DNA of 63,894 nucleotides, counting the filler, from Choristocarpus tenellus KU-1152 (taxonomy: Eukaryota; Protista; Phaeophyceae): the NCBI GenBank assembly GCA_964200185.2. It is 13 parts of 13 records of this genome, joined end to end, with 100 filler letters (N's around TTAATTAATTAA, not from the genome) between each part and the next. Parts side by side here need not be neighbours in the genome. Positions count along the whole stretch, not along the records: positions 20,916 to 27,787 come from CAXNAD020007171.1; positions 27,888 to 32,239 come from CAXNAD020014967.1; positions 32,340 to 36,532 come from CAXNAD020015757.1; positions 36,633 to 43,212 come from CAXNAD020007826.1; 9 more parts are not named here. One strand, written 5' to 3'. The notes beneath the pieces were generated by a model. That model made no database searches and was not told the origin of the DNA. It was given only the letters and a program-made list of their open reading frames with translations. This document shows, in pieces, positions 25,628 to 38,866 of this stretch (position 1 is the stretch's first letter; each line of letters starts with the position of its first letter). Position numbers and translations under genes: made by a program.

Positions 25628-25804
25628 GGTTCAGAGTATCTGGGGGGGTGGCGGCTGTCCGTTTGGGGTCAATTTTTTCATGTCGCGATTTTTGGGTATT
25701 TGGTTGCATACGCCGGATGGATAATGTAAGTGCACTTTTCCTGGTTTTGGCCCAAAGGGACACCATGGTGTAGACAGCCCCCCCCCCCCCCGATACTTTG
25801 GGTC
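25628..25804 (+). mobile_element. MITE family B, full copy
   Basis: Both TIRs; TSD ATGT/ATGG (3 of 4 match). Confidence 0.88.
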
Positions 25805-26903
25805 ATGGGCAGAGAGGAGGGAGGAGCAGTAAGTTCAAAGAACTAGGGAATGCCAGATACCCATGGTCTGAAAGTTCTGGACAAAGTTGACACCTAGTAT
25901 GATTGTGTGGTGGATGCATACATGTAGTAAATATCTGGCAACAAGACCTCAATAGTGAACTGATGCAGGGGGGATACCTTGGCAAGTTTGTCGACAGAAA
26001 GACACCTGCCAACAGAATTACTACCACTAAGGTGAACTGTTAAGCATTCTCTTGTTTCACTTGCAACAACTGTAATGAGCTACTGCTGACCTTCTACGGT
26101 CAGGATAGGGTACGACAGGGTACATTGATGTCATTGGGTAACAGTTCATGGATATAGTGGATATAGTGGGGGAAAGAGGAGAGGAAACTCCGCCAGGTAT
26201 TAGCCACAGTGCTCCATTGGCCCCAGGAGGAAATGAACAGTGGTAGCATTGTGCCTGGGTAAATCCGTGGGGGCTGTACTGGGGAGTAAAAAATGTAGAA
26301 AGAGATCATCTGCTACGAACCAGTGCAAGAGCAACACCACCAGGAAAGGCAAAGGGCAATGCCATGAGATCGAAAAGTCTGTGGATCTCACCTACAAAAT
26401 CACTACCCAATTGATCTCAGTCGATCTATCACTCTGCCAAGACCTCTAAAATGTTGGGGAAAGTATCACACCATACCCCTCTGCACCCACATTTCATTCT
26501 CACATTTATCTTCTGTGCAAGTTCTAAGTAGAGATAATGCACTATGCTGTCTTCCCGGGCCAACAGGGCATGTACTAACAGATTTCTCTTCATAGATGAC
26601 CGATCTGCCTATACGTGCTCAATGGATCGATACTCACTCACCTGAGGTAGTCGGAGAACTTCCCATTGTACTTGAGCAATAGCTTGCGTGTCTTGAATTG
26701 GTCAGGGTGCATTATTTTTTCCGCTTTAGTGAAGGAGGCGGGATCCGTCCTGTTTAGGATGTTGGGGATGATCCAGGAAGAGAGGGAGGGGAGAAGAGGC
26801 GAGTCTTTGCCACATGCAATAGGGTTTATTGTCAGTGGTGTTGAATTCCCTATTGCTAGCTCTACACTTGTTGTATTTCATACGGACAACAGGTGTCTCA
26901 GAA

Positions 26904-27166
26904 GTGTGAAAGTATCTTAGAGGGTACGAGTTTTGTCCTGTTGGTCCATTTGGGACTTGACTTCCCATGGTTTTTTTTATAACGTTTTCCTACTCCAAAA
27001 TGTTTTGGAGTAGGTAAAATATGTACGTTATGAAAAGGTGTGTGCGTCCAGAACATGGATATTAACACTTCCTAACAAACACGATATTCAAAATTACATA
27101 AAAATCGCAACATTGGATTTTGGCCCCCAAATGCACGCGGCTCTACCCTCTAAGATACTTTGACTC
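26904..27166 (+). mobile_element. MITE family A, full copy
   Basis: Both TIRs; TSD not matched. Confidence 0.88.
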
Positions 27167-27887
27167 TCATCTCTCAAATCTTTTGTGCGCGTTCACAAAA
27201 GTCAAGTGAAAGAAAATAAAAATAAATTCAGCATGTCGTGATACGCGCAGAGCAGTTGCAGCACAAAGGTTAAAAATAAGGGTTAGAGTTTAGTCGTTGG
27301 TACAGTGTGGCTACCCATGAGACTGTTGAAGGCATTTTGACAAATTAGTCATGTTGTTAGGAGTTGTTGCACTACTCCACTGAACTCAGATGACTTGGTT
27401 GACTGAAATAAGGAGGTCCCTGGATTAGCCTGTGGCCCCCTAAAATATGCCTGATAAATATCCTACTTTTTGCTGGAGGAAAGGTCTCCACTCTGCTCCG
27501 AAAATCATCATCTTGAGGTAAAGTCAATAGAAACAAGGTTATGCCCATCTTGATACAGAAATGCCCCCCCTCCCCCCCCTAAGCCAACTATTTTTCCTTT
27601 TTTGCTTCTCTCTTCACCTCCCCCCAATACAGGCCCCAAGCAAAACATGTCATTCTCTTCAACCTAGTTCCCCCCCTTTATCCTCCAGTCAATGCCCGTT
27701 TCCATTTTTCTCTATCCTCATCCGCCCCCCCCCCCCCCTCCCTTCCGCCCCCCGGGCCCACGGGTCTTACTCGTTTGCGCGCCTTCCNNNNNNNNNNNNN
27801 NNNNNNNNNNNNNNNNNNNNNNNNNNNNNNNTTAATTAATTAANNNNNNNNNNNNNNNNNNNNNNNNNNNNNNNNNNNNNNNNNNNN

Positions 27888-27983
27888 TACAGGGTAGAGT
27901 CGCGTCCATTTGGGGGTCAAAATACAATGTTGTGATTTTGATGTAATTTTGGCTATCGTGCACCCTTTAAGATAGTTTCATTC
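27888..27983 (-). mobile_element. MITE family A, internally deleted copy at contig edge
   Basis: GGGTAGAGTCGCGTCCATTTGGGGG...CCCTTTAAGATAGTTTCATTC. Confidence 0.75.
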
Positions 27984-28973
27984 TTTAAGAATACGTAATG
28001 TCCAACAATTTCATATTTTGTATCTCAAAAAATTGGAGGGTGCCATTTTTGTTTATGTTTTGGTTTCTGAACGTTGGAAACGTACAAGATCAATTAAGTA
28101 AGTCCTACTACCACCTTTGGCATGGATTCCCATTCAAAAAGTGGTCCTTAAAAAGTGCCGCAACATTTACAAAAAAAAAACATATTGACACTTTCCGCGC
28201 ACCATTTTCGGTCAAAACCATCCTCAACTTTTAAAATCCACTGTTACTTGCTTGATGTGTGACAAACACGCCCCCTTTTCAAAGTATTAGTTAAAAGCAT
28301 ATGCAAGATTTGTGGCGCTCTTGGAGTAGAAGAGTATAAGAATGTTCGATACAATACACGTATCACCTTCACACCATGATTTCCTTTTGTTTCATTATTA
28401 TTTGAACTACGTGGCAGAGCAGAACACTTTTTCATTAAAGTCGCAACCGTCCAGACATCGTTTGCGAGATGATGTAATACTTAGAGGTCTGTTCAATAGA
28501 GGTCCCTATATTTGTTTGTGGGTTATATGTCATGAGGAGAGCATGACATAGGGTTAGTTGGCAGGCCGCACACGGATAATCCAAAGATTTAATTTGAATG
28601 GACCAAATGGTTGGGGTGCTAGGTGAGGATGGTATCACAAGATTGGGTTGAATTATGGTGGAAGATGTGGTTGTAAGGTTCATCAACAATGAAGCCAACA
28701 GTTTCTTGCAGTCTCACATGAAGAGATCCACCGACTACTGATCTCAACAACACAGTTTCCGGAGTGCCTGCTGCTTTCGACTGAGAATGACTGACTTTCA
28801 TTGGTCCTCAGGGAAGTCGATATGAGGAGTGGACCCACTGAGTATTGATCCATGGCAAAAAAATGATCAGCACTCATCATCTCCATTTATTATCCCCAAC
28901 TTAATTTGATGGAATGAGTGGGATCTTAGATAGGTTGTTCCTCTACAACTATTTGCCACCACGAGTTGCTGAA

Positions 28974-29138
28974 GAGTCAAATAATTCAAGAGGGTAGGGC
29001 CGTGTCCGTTTGGCGTCCAAAATCCAACATTGCGATTTTGATTGATTTTGGCTATCTTGTTTGTTAGCAAGTGTCAATATCCTTGCTCCTGACACAATTT
29101 TCTTAGTAGTACACACTTTAGGTAACTGTATTTCACTC
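28974..29138 (-). mobile_element. MITE family A, diverged and internally deleted
   Basis: GAGTCAAA...AGAGGGTAGGGCCGTGTCCGTTTGG...TTTCACTC. Confidence 0.72.
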
Positions 29139-29345
29139 ATGAGTTTGTCTTGTCTTCCTAGGACCTCTTTTGTTAGCGCCAACTCCAAGGCTTGGTAGTT
29201 TACTACGTTGCTAGCATTTCAGCTGGTTACCATTGGATAGCAAAGACTCACAAAAAGGAACAACCTCCTTGTTCAAGCTGAGTCTATCCTCTTCCGTTTT
29301 TCTAAAAATTTGTAGGGTTTTTTTCTCCTTGTCAAGTACCGTCTC

Positions 29346-31250
29346 TTAGTGGATCCTGTTTAGGAGGCGGGTGATCTCGTGTTTTACCATGCTTGTGGTC
29401 CTGGCATCATGTGTTGCCAGAGTGTGGACCCATGGGGAAGGTGCGAGGGTTGTTGTTCTCCCCCAGGCTACCCAGCCCTGGCCAATAATTTCCACCAACT
29501 CTTCTGAAGGGACTCCTGTAGAGTGGAGGGTGTGGGTGGATGATCCCAAGGCTCTTACCATGGGGCTCATACAGATGGCTTGTGAGAAAACCCTTGTTGT
29601 CTTGCTAATAGGGTGGGGAGAGTAGCCACCAGTGATCCCACAAAGGCTGCATGCTGGCGATGCTTCATAGGGGATAGGCCCAACTCCCCTATCTTGTGGG
29701 CATCTGTGCCTGTACTTGTTGGTATTTCTCCAGGCGGAGAGACCCATTGTCACACACCCTTCAAAGAAGTCAGTGGCTCTCACCGAGTCTGCTACCTCAA
29801 TTATCTTCTCCAGTGTCCACAGTGAGGTATTGTCTTCTTTCTCCATGGTGGAGCGTGCCAGGTGGGGGTGAGTGAGTGACCCTTGCCAAATAGCCTAAGT
29901 GGGGAGAGAGGAACCAAGAGTTGAGGAGCCAGGCAACTCATTTGTCCTCCATCTCACTGAAGTGCGTGACCAACGTTCGTGACCCAGAGCTCTCGATCAC
30001 CTCAGTCATGTGGGCTTGGATGAATTCATCTGTTCCCATTGGAGCCCCTAACGTCACAAAACCATTTGGGTTCGGGTTCAGGTTGATTCCCAATGTAGCC
30101 AGAAGTTCCAGTTCTGAGGGTGTGGGCTGGTGGCCCTGTGGAGGTGAAGCAAAGGTCTCTTGTTCATGTTAAGGTCAATGCCTACCTCGTGTAGATCAGT
30201 TTTTAATTGCCCGAAAACAGCAATTGTGTTGTGGTTTATCTCCCTTGCAGGAATGGATGTGTCATCCAGATAACTCCAGGAGGAGACCCCCTGGGGTCCA
30301 AAGATAGACTGGACCCACTGTAGGGCTTTGGAGGTCGCCATGAAATATAGGAGGGGGCCAAAGGGGTCCCCTTGTTGTGCCCCTGACCTCCATAGTATTA
30401 TCTTCATCCCTCCCTTATCCAGGGGGAAAAGAGGATCACGGGTGTCCCTATACAATACACCTTGGACACGTAGGGTAGGAGTCATAGCAGAGTCCCAGGG
30501 AGAGCCTCGATGAAGGTCAAGTGGCGTACCCTACTGAAGGCGTTTCTTCCATCTAGGTTAATGACCCATTTTCCACACTCATTCCTTAGGCAAATATCCA
30601 GTAGGGCACGCTCCACCCCATTTGGGACCTCTATGCCAAATTGTCCAATTCCACCGAAATATACTTCCAGTAGGAGCGCCAGTCTGCACAGAAGGCTGAA
30701 GCACATGCCCTTCTGAAGAAAGAGCCACAGCCGATGGGGCGGCATTTCTCTCCAATTATGGACAGTCTGGAGTTTGTGTGGAGCATCCAAATCTCCGAAG
30801 GTAAAGAGTCTGGGGAGGTGTAGGCTAGCTCCCAGAGCTTCACAAACTCCTCCGCCACTTCTCCATGGCCAACATCTGTCGTGATGGCTGATCTGACATG
30901 GCTGGGGTATATCCCGTCGAGGCCTGGTGCAGAGTTGCTGTTCGCCCTCATGATGGCTGTTCGCAGAGAGGTGGGGGTGTACTCCCCCTCAGGGGGGGCA
31001 GTACTGTTGTTCCCTATACCTTGTATCCCTTTGTACCCTATCCTTTGCATCCATAATGGCTTGCCTAAGCTCATATAAGTTCTCTTTCGGGTTCTCGGGG
31101 ACTAGCACCCTGAAAGTCTCCTCCATCCCTGATGCTCTGGGTTGTGATAGGAGAACACTCGCCTTCTTGGAGAAACCTCCATGGTGGTAACCAAGTGCTG
31201 CAGCTCGTTCCTGGCGGGATTTGGGATGATCTCCAGGGAGCTCCTGACGT
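29346..31250 (-). mobile_element. CRE/SLACS-like non-LTR retrotransposon RT relic (frameshifted)
   Basis: Ordered motifs SAPGLDG, CRPIGCGSFFRR, GQFGIEVPNGVE, NLDGRNAFSRV, SGAQQGDPFGPLLY, SYLDD. Confidence 0.88.
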
Positions 31251-32339
31251 CTGCTAGTCCTTTAGGATTGTTCTAGTAGCCATGCCACCAACTCCTGGAA
31301 GTTTGATAGCCTGTGTCCAACAACACAAGGCATAAGTTTTGAATGGATCCCAATGGTGATTTTTTACAGGAGATGCAGGAGGGTTGTGATCACGACCCAC
31401 AATGTAGCCAGTGTTGTGTTGCAGAGCGTTACGAAAGTTCTCGGGTATCGGCAAGTAGGTTGGAAGCGTTTGATGCATGTATCAAAAGTGACATTTCTTA
31501 GCTTTCAACTCTTCGAATTTGGTCGTGCGTGGACGTGCTTATTTGAACCCTTTCTCAACTTCGGATCAGATTTCAGGGTACCCTCCAAATATGTCAGAAT
31601 ATTCGATGTTCAGTTCTTGATTGGGTCAGGTGTGGTGGAATAGCAGAAACGGTAGTGATAGGCATGGCGTTACCACGGTGTATTACTTGCTAAAAATACA
31701 GTCGAACGTATCTCCGTATTGGGATTGGATTGCCGATTTGAAAAATATGTATGTGATTTTGTAGGAATCTCGTGTAAAAACACTTGGTGGACATCAACAT
31801 CCGAGGTTAGATTATTGGCCATTGAGGGGTGTTGGACGGTGTGTTTGACGTTTTGGAGGGTAGAATATGGACAGGGAATGGTATGTATGGTGGTCTGACA
31901 GCAGGATAAAGGGAAGAGAAATTTCTAAGTCACTTCAATTACTGATGAGAATTTTTGCCCCCATTTATTTCTTGGAGGTGGAATATGCATGCAAGGAAAA
32001 CGAAGGTGGGACAACTAACAGGGGATTCGCAAAATTGAGGATGGCGTGGGAATATGAGGATGAGGGTTGAATACAAAAAAAACAACGGAATTTCAAAGGC
32101 ATCCACCTTCTTCTCTGAGGTAAAACAAAAGTTAAAATTTCCTTCAAGATTAACAAGGATTGTTGCTGGCAAGGAGGACAGTCCGTTCGGGCTCGAGATG
32201 GTCTATAACAAGGTGCTATATATGTGTGCACCACCCTGANNNNNNNNNNNNNNNNNNNNNNNNNNNNNNNNNNNNNNNNNNNNTTAATTAATTAANNNNN
32301 NNNNNNNNNNNNNNNNNNNNNNNNNNNNNNNNNNNNNNN

Positions 32340-32411
32340 CTACAGACACCAAGCAATCTCGTCGGGTTTATCACCTTTATCCTCTTTGATGATTTTGGGG
32401 ATACTTTAACA
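32340..32411. repeat. 3' end of the LTR family found at 11358-11624
   Basis: CTACAGACACCAAGCAATCTC...GATACTTTAACA near-identical. Confidence 0.85.
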
Positions 32412-32416
32412 GAACT

Positions 32417-32662
32417 TTGAACTCCAAAGCGCCCAACAGGGGAATTTCAACTAACGATGATGAAAGCATTGCATACCAGGGCCATGCCAGACACCATAAA
32501 AACAAATCTAATTTTTTCCCGACCATTCCCTCAATAAACTCTGACAAAAAATCTTGGACTACATGTATAAAATCCAGAGTGGAAGGGAAGGGACGAGGTG
32601 GTCTGATGATACTAACAAATATCCACTGCTTTGTGACTAGTGATGCCTTCAAATATCTTTAA
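32417..32662 (+). pseudogene. Possible N-terminal mariner transposase relic
   Basis: PTIPSINSDKKSWTTC resembles TTIHSINSDNQSFTVC of the mariner at 45519-45971. Confidence 0.35.
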
Positions 32663-33364
32663 TATATTCTTCAATCTAGTCTGGGGACTACCCTCACCTG
32701 TGGTCAGAGGCAGTGCACACTGTACAATATTTTAATACTACCACACTGTAACCGACTGTTGCACTACAACTAGCTGTAACTGCCACTGTCTGTACCTTGC
32801 TTCTTGGGCATTGGGCTCAGCCATCCCACTGCTCGTTGCTCTACCTTCCCTATCTTGCACTGGACCCCCCTAGGTGTTCCTCGGCAATGAAACCTTAGCC
32901 ACCATGTACTTGCCTCGGTATATTATAGTTCAAGGTATATAATTTGCAATGATTGCCATGTGGAGTCTTGGATCATCATTGAAACCGGATTCGATGAAAA
33001 AAAGTCTGGAGTTGATAGGATATTAACCCCGCGAAGTTTGTGAGGGAGATAGGAAACTGCGTCCATAACCAATAATTGAGTTATATGGACGATCTAGGTT
33101 CGTACCCACCAACTACTCACTTATCGTGACTATTTTACAAACCATGTATGTTTTGGGTTACCAAGGTTGTGCGTCTAGAAAGTGCGCACGAAACAGAACA
33201 CAGTGTTCTCCCTCTTCTCCACAAAGCTACTGTCCTTGCACAATATAACGTGTTTCCCTCTGCCTTGAAATAAACATTCACCGACTTGCACAATTGGATA
33301 CATATACATCACCAAACACAAAAATTGCATTTTTGCAATCCTGATTGATGCTGTTTATGACTTT

Positions 33365-33495
33365 GAGTGAAAGATTCATGGAGGGTGCGAGTTCTTCCCT
33401 GTCTGTCCGTCTGGGGCTTGGCTTCCCACGGTATTTTTCTATGGTATTTTCCTATTCCAAATGTTTCAGAGTAGGTTAAAATGTGTACGTTTTAG
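33365..33495 (+). mobile_element. MITE family A, left part
   Basis: GAGTGAAAGATT...GTCCGTCTGGGGCTTGGCTTCCC. Confidence 0.72.
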
Positions 33496-34039
33496 AGTAG
33501 GTATCGTGTACTCTACTACTGTGCAGTACTGAGAGACAAAATACTGCTATGTTGCGTACTGTAGTGTCGACGGGTTTTGTGGCTTTGTTATATTTTTCTT
33601 AACTTTAGATAGATATGGCTGTTCGGGAAACCCCTCAGAAACGTACTGAAAAAAAAATGCAAATTTGCTCAATATAAGAGAGAACTGGGAGAAAGCGCCG
33701 AAACCTCTCTTATAGACCGAAAAGTCGTGACAAGGAAATACACCCTCTCTTATATCCGTTTTTCTCTAATATCGACCTCTCTTATATAGATACACCGATT
33801 GTATTAACAGTACACAATACTGTAGTATGGCAATTGTATTAAAAAAAGAAGTCCGTAGACTAGGACTGATCTACGAGCATACTATGAGCATAGACGAGCA
33901 TGTGTCAGAGATATTTGGCTTGGTTTGCAGTAAGTTTCAAGTGTTACACCCGTTGTTCTATCATAAAGCACTTGGCTGTAATTGCGGAAGGAGTCCCGAA
34001 CCTTTTGAACATGTTTATCGATCTTGGCAGGGTAATCGC

Positions 34040-34850
34040 TTGGTGTGTCCAAGGTATCAAAAATCGTCGGCCTGCTTGTGGGTTTGGCCTGTAGCTCGGA
34101 TTTTCATTGCACCTGCTTCCTTGATGGGAGTTCGTAAACACATGGTCTCTATCTTCATCCCAGTCACGTGAATGCCGTAGCTACCTTTACAATCAGAGCC
34201 ATCATCCTGATCAGTCTTCCATGTGTCTTGGACACAATATAGTGGCATTGTCAGCATATAAGTATAACCCACTCTTGCCGTTCAAGTGTGTCCCTACTCC
34301 CTGTCGTATCTTCCTCTCCGATCTTTGCGTTCACTCCAGCTCCCTTGATGACGACAGGAGGTCTCTCTGGAGATGACCAGAGGAGTATTGAACTCAATAA
34401 CCATTGGCTGGGCTCTGCGGTGAAGAAGTTGAGGAATATGGTAGCAAGAACACGTCTTTGACGAAGGTCTTGTCTGACCCCAAACCAGTTCATGTACACT
34501 CTGTTGTCCTATGCGGATGCATCTTGGATTTCAAAATTGAACTGTCGATGACTAACATCAGTCATCTTCTCTGGTACACCAAAGTTAGCAAGCACAGTCT
34601 ACAGGAGATTGTGATCAACCAAGTCACATACGGCTTCAGCAGGTTAACAAACGACATGAACAGAGATACCTCCTTTTCCCGTCCAAGCTCCTGGAGGGTG
34701 CGCAAGGCTGATATCATGTCCACTATAGAGCAGCACCGAGGCTGGAACCACACTGTCCCTCATAGATTTTGTTCCTCTGTTCGGTTAAGCTCTTATGCGT
34801 CATATAACAATCTCGGGAAGCACTTTGCCAGCACGTGCCACCAATGAGAT
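34040..34850 (-). mobile_element. RTE-like LINE reverse transcriptase relic
   Basis: IVDMISALRTLQELGREKEVSLFMSFVNLLK, WFGVRQDLRQRRVLATIFLNFF, LYADNATIVS and TMCL...ATGQTHKQADDF*YLG in order. Confidence 0.85.
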
Positions 34851-36752
34851 ATATGGCCGTGTAAATGCCACAATCCGTCCGACCCTTCTTCCTGTCAGGG
34901 ACCTTAATGACCTCGTCCTTCCAATCCTACGCTCACCAGAACAAATTACCGCCTCCATCCAATCCTACACTGCGTACAAGAACAAATTACTACTGCAGAA
35001 GTAAGTCAACCCTTTTAGAAATTGAGTAGGATAATCCTATCATGCGCTAAGATCAGTTTTCAGTTTTTTATTTTGCAAAGTGAATCTACGGAGGAATTGC
35101 TTCTGGTTCCAATCTCCAGGAACTATGGACGAATACAATGATACAGTAGTATCTTATCGAATATATATACAGATATTGTCGAGGAAGATCAACATTTTTT
35201 TTCCACAATGTGGATATATATACAAAATGCCTTCGGAAAAGTTGAGATGGGAGTAAGTTGGTCCAAAAAACGGACATGGCGATTGTGGGACGAGGTCACA
35301 GCTAGTACATACAAAATTTTGTAGCAACCTAGTCTGCTCTCGGGTTTACACGTTCCTGAATAGAAACTGAGAGTAACTGGCCTTGCAAAGTAGTGATTTC
35401 GGGGCTTGGTGTGTAGCTAAGCACTTCTTGCAATCCCTGTGGGCGAGGTGGGGAAGGTCCCCATGTCAACCTCGTTTGATGCCTCCGAAGGGATCTCGGC
35501 CATCAATCTGATGCCGCCTGGCATGGCTGAGGTGAGGGATATAATTAAAGTAACGCGTATGGTGTGCGTGGTATTTGGGATATCTCATGGGGGTGATCAC
35601 TCTCCATTTGGAGTATTTGAAATGGTTGGATAGCACTTTGAAATTCAGTGTGATCTAATTCCTTCAGACCTGGTTTAAATGTATTATAGGAGAATGACCG
35701 CAGATATTCCTTTCTTTTTTGCATGCTCCCCCCTTCTTGGTATAGTCGCCATTATCAATAGCTTTCCAATTCTTCAATAATTGGCCCTGCCCTGTCAGAT
35801 CTACATAGTCCACCCACAAAGTCACACTAAGGTGGTAGCATATGTGCGCTTAAAGTACAGTACATAGCAGAAATATCGATGTGGTGTAGAGCCTGCTAGG
35901 AGTTTACGTTGAACCTGAAGTGCTGCTACACATCTGAGGACAATTTTCAGGCCTGTTTCGCTGCCATTGCTCATAGAGGTGCTTGGTCTGTCTGGGTCGC
36001 CGATTCCTAATGTACTCTGAGACTCCATTACTGGTTTCTCAGTGTAGCCTACCGTCTGGGATGGTGTCAGCAATGTTAAACTATTGGCTTGTCCCCTCCT
36101 GTCTTCTCTTCGTTTGCTTGGTCATTAATCTTTGTTCAACTCCGGTTTAGTCACTGGCCCAGTTTTCATGATTTTTTTCCGTACACACAATACCAATACT
36201 CGTTGTTACAGCTATCACCAACACACGCGCACGCGCACGCTCACAGGCGTCCCTAACTTTCGTTCCCAATCCCCTATCTCCCCCGCGCCCAGATCCCCTT
36301 CACAACAGATCGACCTGACATGCAGGATGCGGTCAACGCAGCACATGAGCGTTTTGGCCTTGTGTCCCACTATCTGAAGGACATGGTTAAGGAGACACAG
36401 TCATTTCGAAAAGCTGGAGTGGCCATGGCTAGGGCATCGGAGAGCTTGGGTAGCTTTCTCATGTAAGAGTGCCCAGGTTGTTGCCCCCCACGCCAACCTT
36501 TGCAGTAGCATGTGTGAGCGTTAACAACCCCTNNNNNNNNNNNNNNNNNNNNNNNNNNNNNNNNNNNNNNNNNNNNTTAATTAATTAANNNNNNNNNNNN
36601 NNNNNNNNNNNNNNNNNNNNNNNNNNNNNNNNTTTTTTCCCCCGCCCCCTCCCCCCATTTCCCCTCTTTTTGTGCCCGCGCGCGGCCGCGTCTGTTTGTG
36701 CGTGTGCACCTAAATGCTTGTGATTTTTTTTTTTTGTCTGGAACTGAAACAG

Positions 36753-36927
36753 ACATGAGGCGGCGTACAAGGTTATTTCAAATGCTGATGCAGTGGTACG
36801 ATTTGCCTGCCGGGGTGCAGGCCAAGGATCAGGCTGGTCCATGGGCCCCGGCAGGGCTCCGCTCGCCGACCCCAACGCTGTTCCGAACATGGACGTTGCA
36901 GGAGATGTTGGGTACTGCTTGGGTCAG
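36753..36927 (+). CDS. Probable exon HEAAYKVISNADAVVRFACRG...VGYCLGQ of an unknown protein; possible last exon MLWLDEINF* at ~37436-37465
   Basis: Open GC-rich frame between aaacag| and |gtagga; splice phase fits the downstream acceptor. Confidence 0.45.
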
Positions 36928-37081
36928 GTAGGATAAGAAGGGTGTCATCCGATGGAAAAATTGAATGCAAGACTCGAGTGCGATTTATGTGCGCAGTATA
37001 TGTCTGCAACTAGGTGTTTGTAAGTACGTGGTGGTAATCAGAAGCAAGTAGTGTTTACAGAATGTGGTTCTCGTGAATACG

Positions 37082-37324
37082 TAGTGTTCGTAAGTACACA
37101 AGAAGTGTTCGTAAGTAAACAAGAAGTGTTCGTAAGTGAACAAGAAGTGTTCGTAAGTGAACAAGAAGTGTTCGTAAGTAAACAAGAAGTGTTCGTAAGT
37201 GAACAAGAAGTGTTCGTAAGTAAACAAGAAGTGTTCGTAAGTGAACAAGAAGTGTTCGTAAGTAAACAAGAAGTGTTCGTAAGTAAACAAGAAGTGTTCG
37301 TAAGTAAACAAGAAGTGTTCGTAG
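37082..37324. repeat. 21-bp minisatellite (AACAAGAAGTGTTCGTAAGTR), about 11.5 units
   Basis: Direct tandem units with one A/G variant position and no spacers. Confidence 0.97.
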
Positions 37325-38866
37325 ATTTGTGGTGTTCATAAACAAGTTGTATTTATAATTATGTACTACCTATGTGCCCCCGTAGGTCTTCTTCTTCTTC
37401 TTCTTCCACGTTGTCTGTACCCTTTGGAGATACAGATGTTGTGGTTAGATGAAATCAATTTCTGAAAAGAAGATTTGGAAAACCTCGACGGATTTGTGGT
37501 TTCCCTCCTCGTTTTTTTTTTATTATTGTACAACACCATCTCCAATGCTGTTTTTTTCTGTATTTCAATCCTCTGGGCAAAAAGGTAAGAAAGTCGTTTT
37601 TTCACCAGTCATCTTGTTTTGTTGACTGGTGAGGGGTACTGACGGACACCTCTACTTACTTGCGGTAAATCTGTTGTGATTTATTTCTTTTTCTTCTTTT
37701 GTGTGGGTGTGTGACACACACACACACACAAAAAAAAAGAGAGTTCGTTGCTGCACACCCCGACTATAATATTATTTTTTTCGATGTACTGTACTGTACT
37801 GTTTTTGTTTTATTATTATTTTGGAACAATAAAATTCCCCGGTAAAAACCTCCGGTAACAACATCAATAATGTTAGGTTTTTATACACAGAAATCCTTTC
37901 TTTCTTTCTTTTTGTGGATCTGGAGAAACTGTAACCTGACGATCTGAAATCAGAAGAACGCATTTCGAGAATTTCGAAGGTGGTTGCAGTGGTGCGCTTG
38001 TAGTTTCTTCTTCAGACTAGCAAAGAACCAGCTGTGACACCGATGTTATTTATTTTTTTCATTAATTTTTTTTATCTAATTAGAGATGAACGTCGGTTTG
38101 TTGGTTTGTTCGATACCTTCAACTCTTTTTTTTTTTTTTTTTTTTTAGTCAGACAAACCGAAAGAGAAGTAAAAGTATTCGATAATGTATTGCAACGATT
38201 CTCCCAAAAAAGAGACCATGGCACANNNNNNNNNNTTATTTATTTTTTTCATTAATTTTTTTTATCTAATTATAGATGAACGTCGGTTTGTTGGTTTGTT
38301 CGATACCTTCACCTCTTTTTTTTTTTTTTACTCTCAGTCAGACAAACCGAAAGAGAAGTAAAAGTATTCGATAATGTATTGCAACGATTCTCCCAAAAAC
38401 GAGACCATGGCACATATTTTCTGTACAATACGAAAAAAAAACAAACGAAAAGGCACTTTTACTCAATTGCGGTAAAAAAAAAAAAAATGCCGGTGGTCTC
38501 TCTCTTCTTCTCCGATGACACCTTTGTTTTTTTTGTTTTTTTAGGAGGCTTCGATTGTACACGCAATACAGAAAATAGGGTGTATTGCTCAGGTGTTGAA
38601 AACAAGACACATATTGCGAAACAGTGAAAATGTGCGCACCCACCTCTCGGTTAGCGTGACTCGTGATATATTTTTCGGAAGTAGTATCATGGTCATTTCT
38701 CTTTGCAGGGGAGCGTAGAGGAAAAATGCGTCGCGATATCTTGCCTCTTGTGTGCATCCATGCCCCCGCTTCATTCCCCTCTCTCTTGCCCGAGGATGCT
38801 TGAAATTTTATTAAATCTGAACGTGGTATTCTAACTCTTTGATCCCTTGAAATATATTACTGATTT

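Noticed and set aside
25131-26730. Exon-like minus-strand segments (also 41745-42960)
   Set aside because: Some have plausible splice sites, but neighbouring segments contain stops and no consistent gene model or domain emerges.
33500-33830. Possible MITE with repeated CTCTCTTATA motifs; also a 13-bp inverted repeat at ~48847-48985
   Set aside because: Termini and TSDs cannot be defined and each occurs once in the window.
37082-37324. Regular 21-bp repeats as a CRISPR array, or the repetitive ORFs (FTYEHFL)n as proteins
   Set aside because: Units are contiguous with no unique spacers, there are no cas genes, and the context is a eukaryotic intron; the ORFs exist only because the unit is a multiple of 3.
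38045-38415. ~180-bp tandem duplication (similar case at 50140-50290)
   Set aside because: The copies flank a 10-N gap and contain homopolymers, so this is most likely an unmerged assembly overlap.
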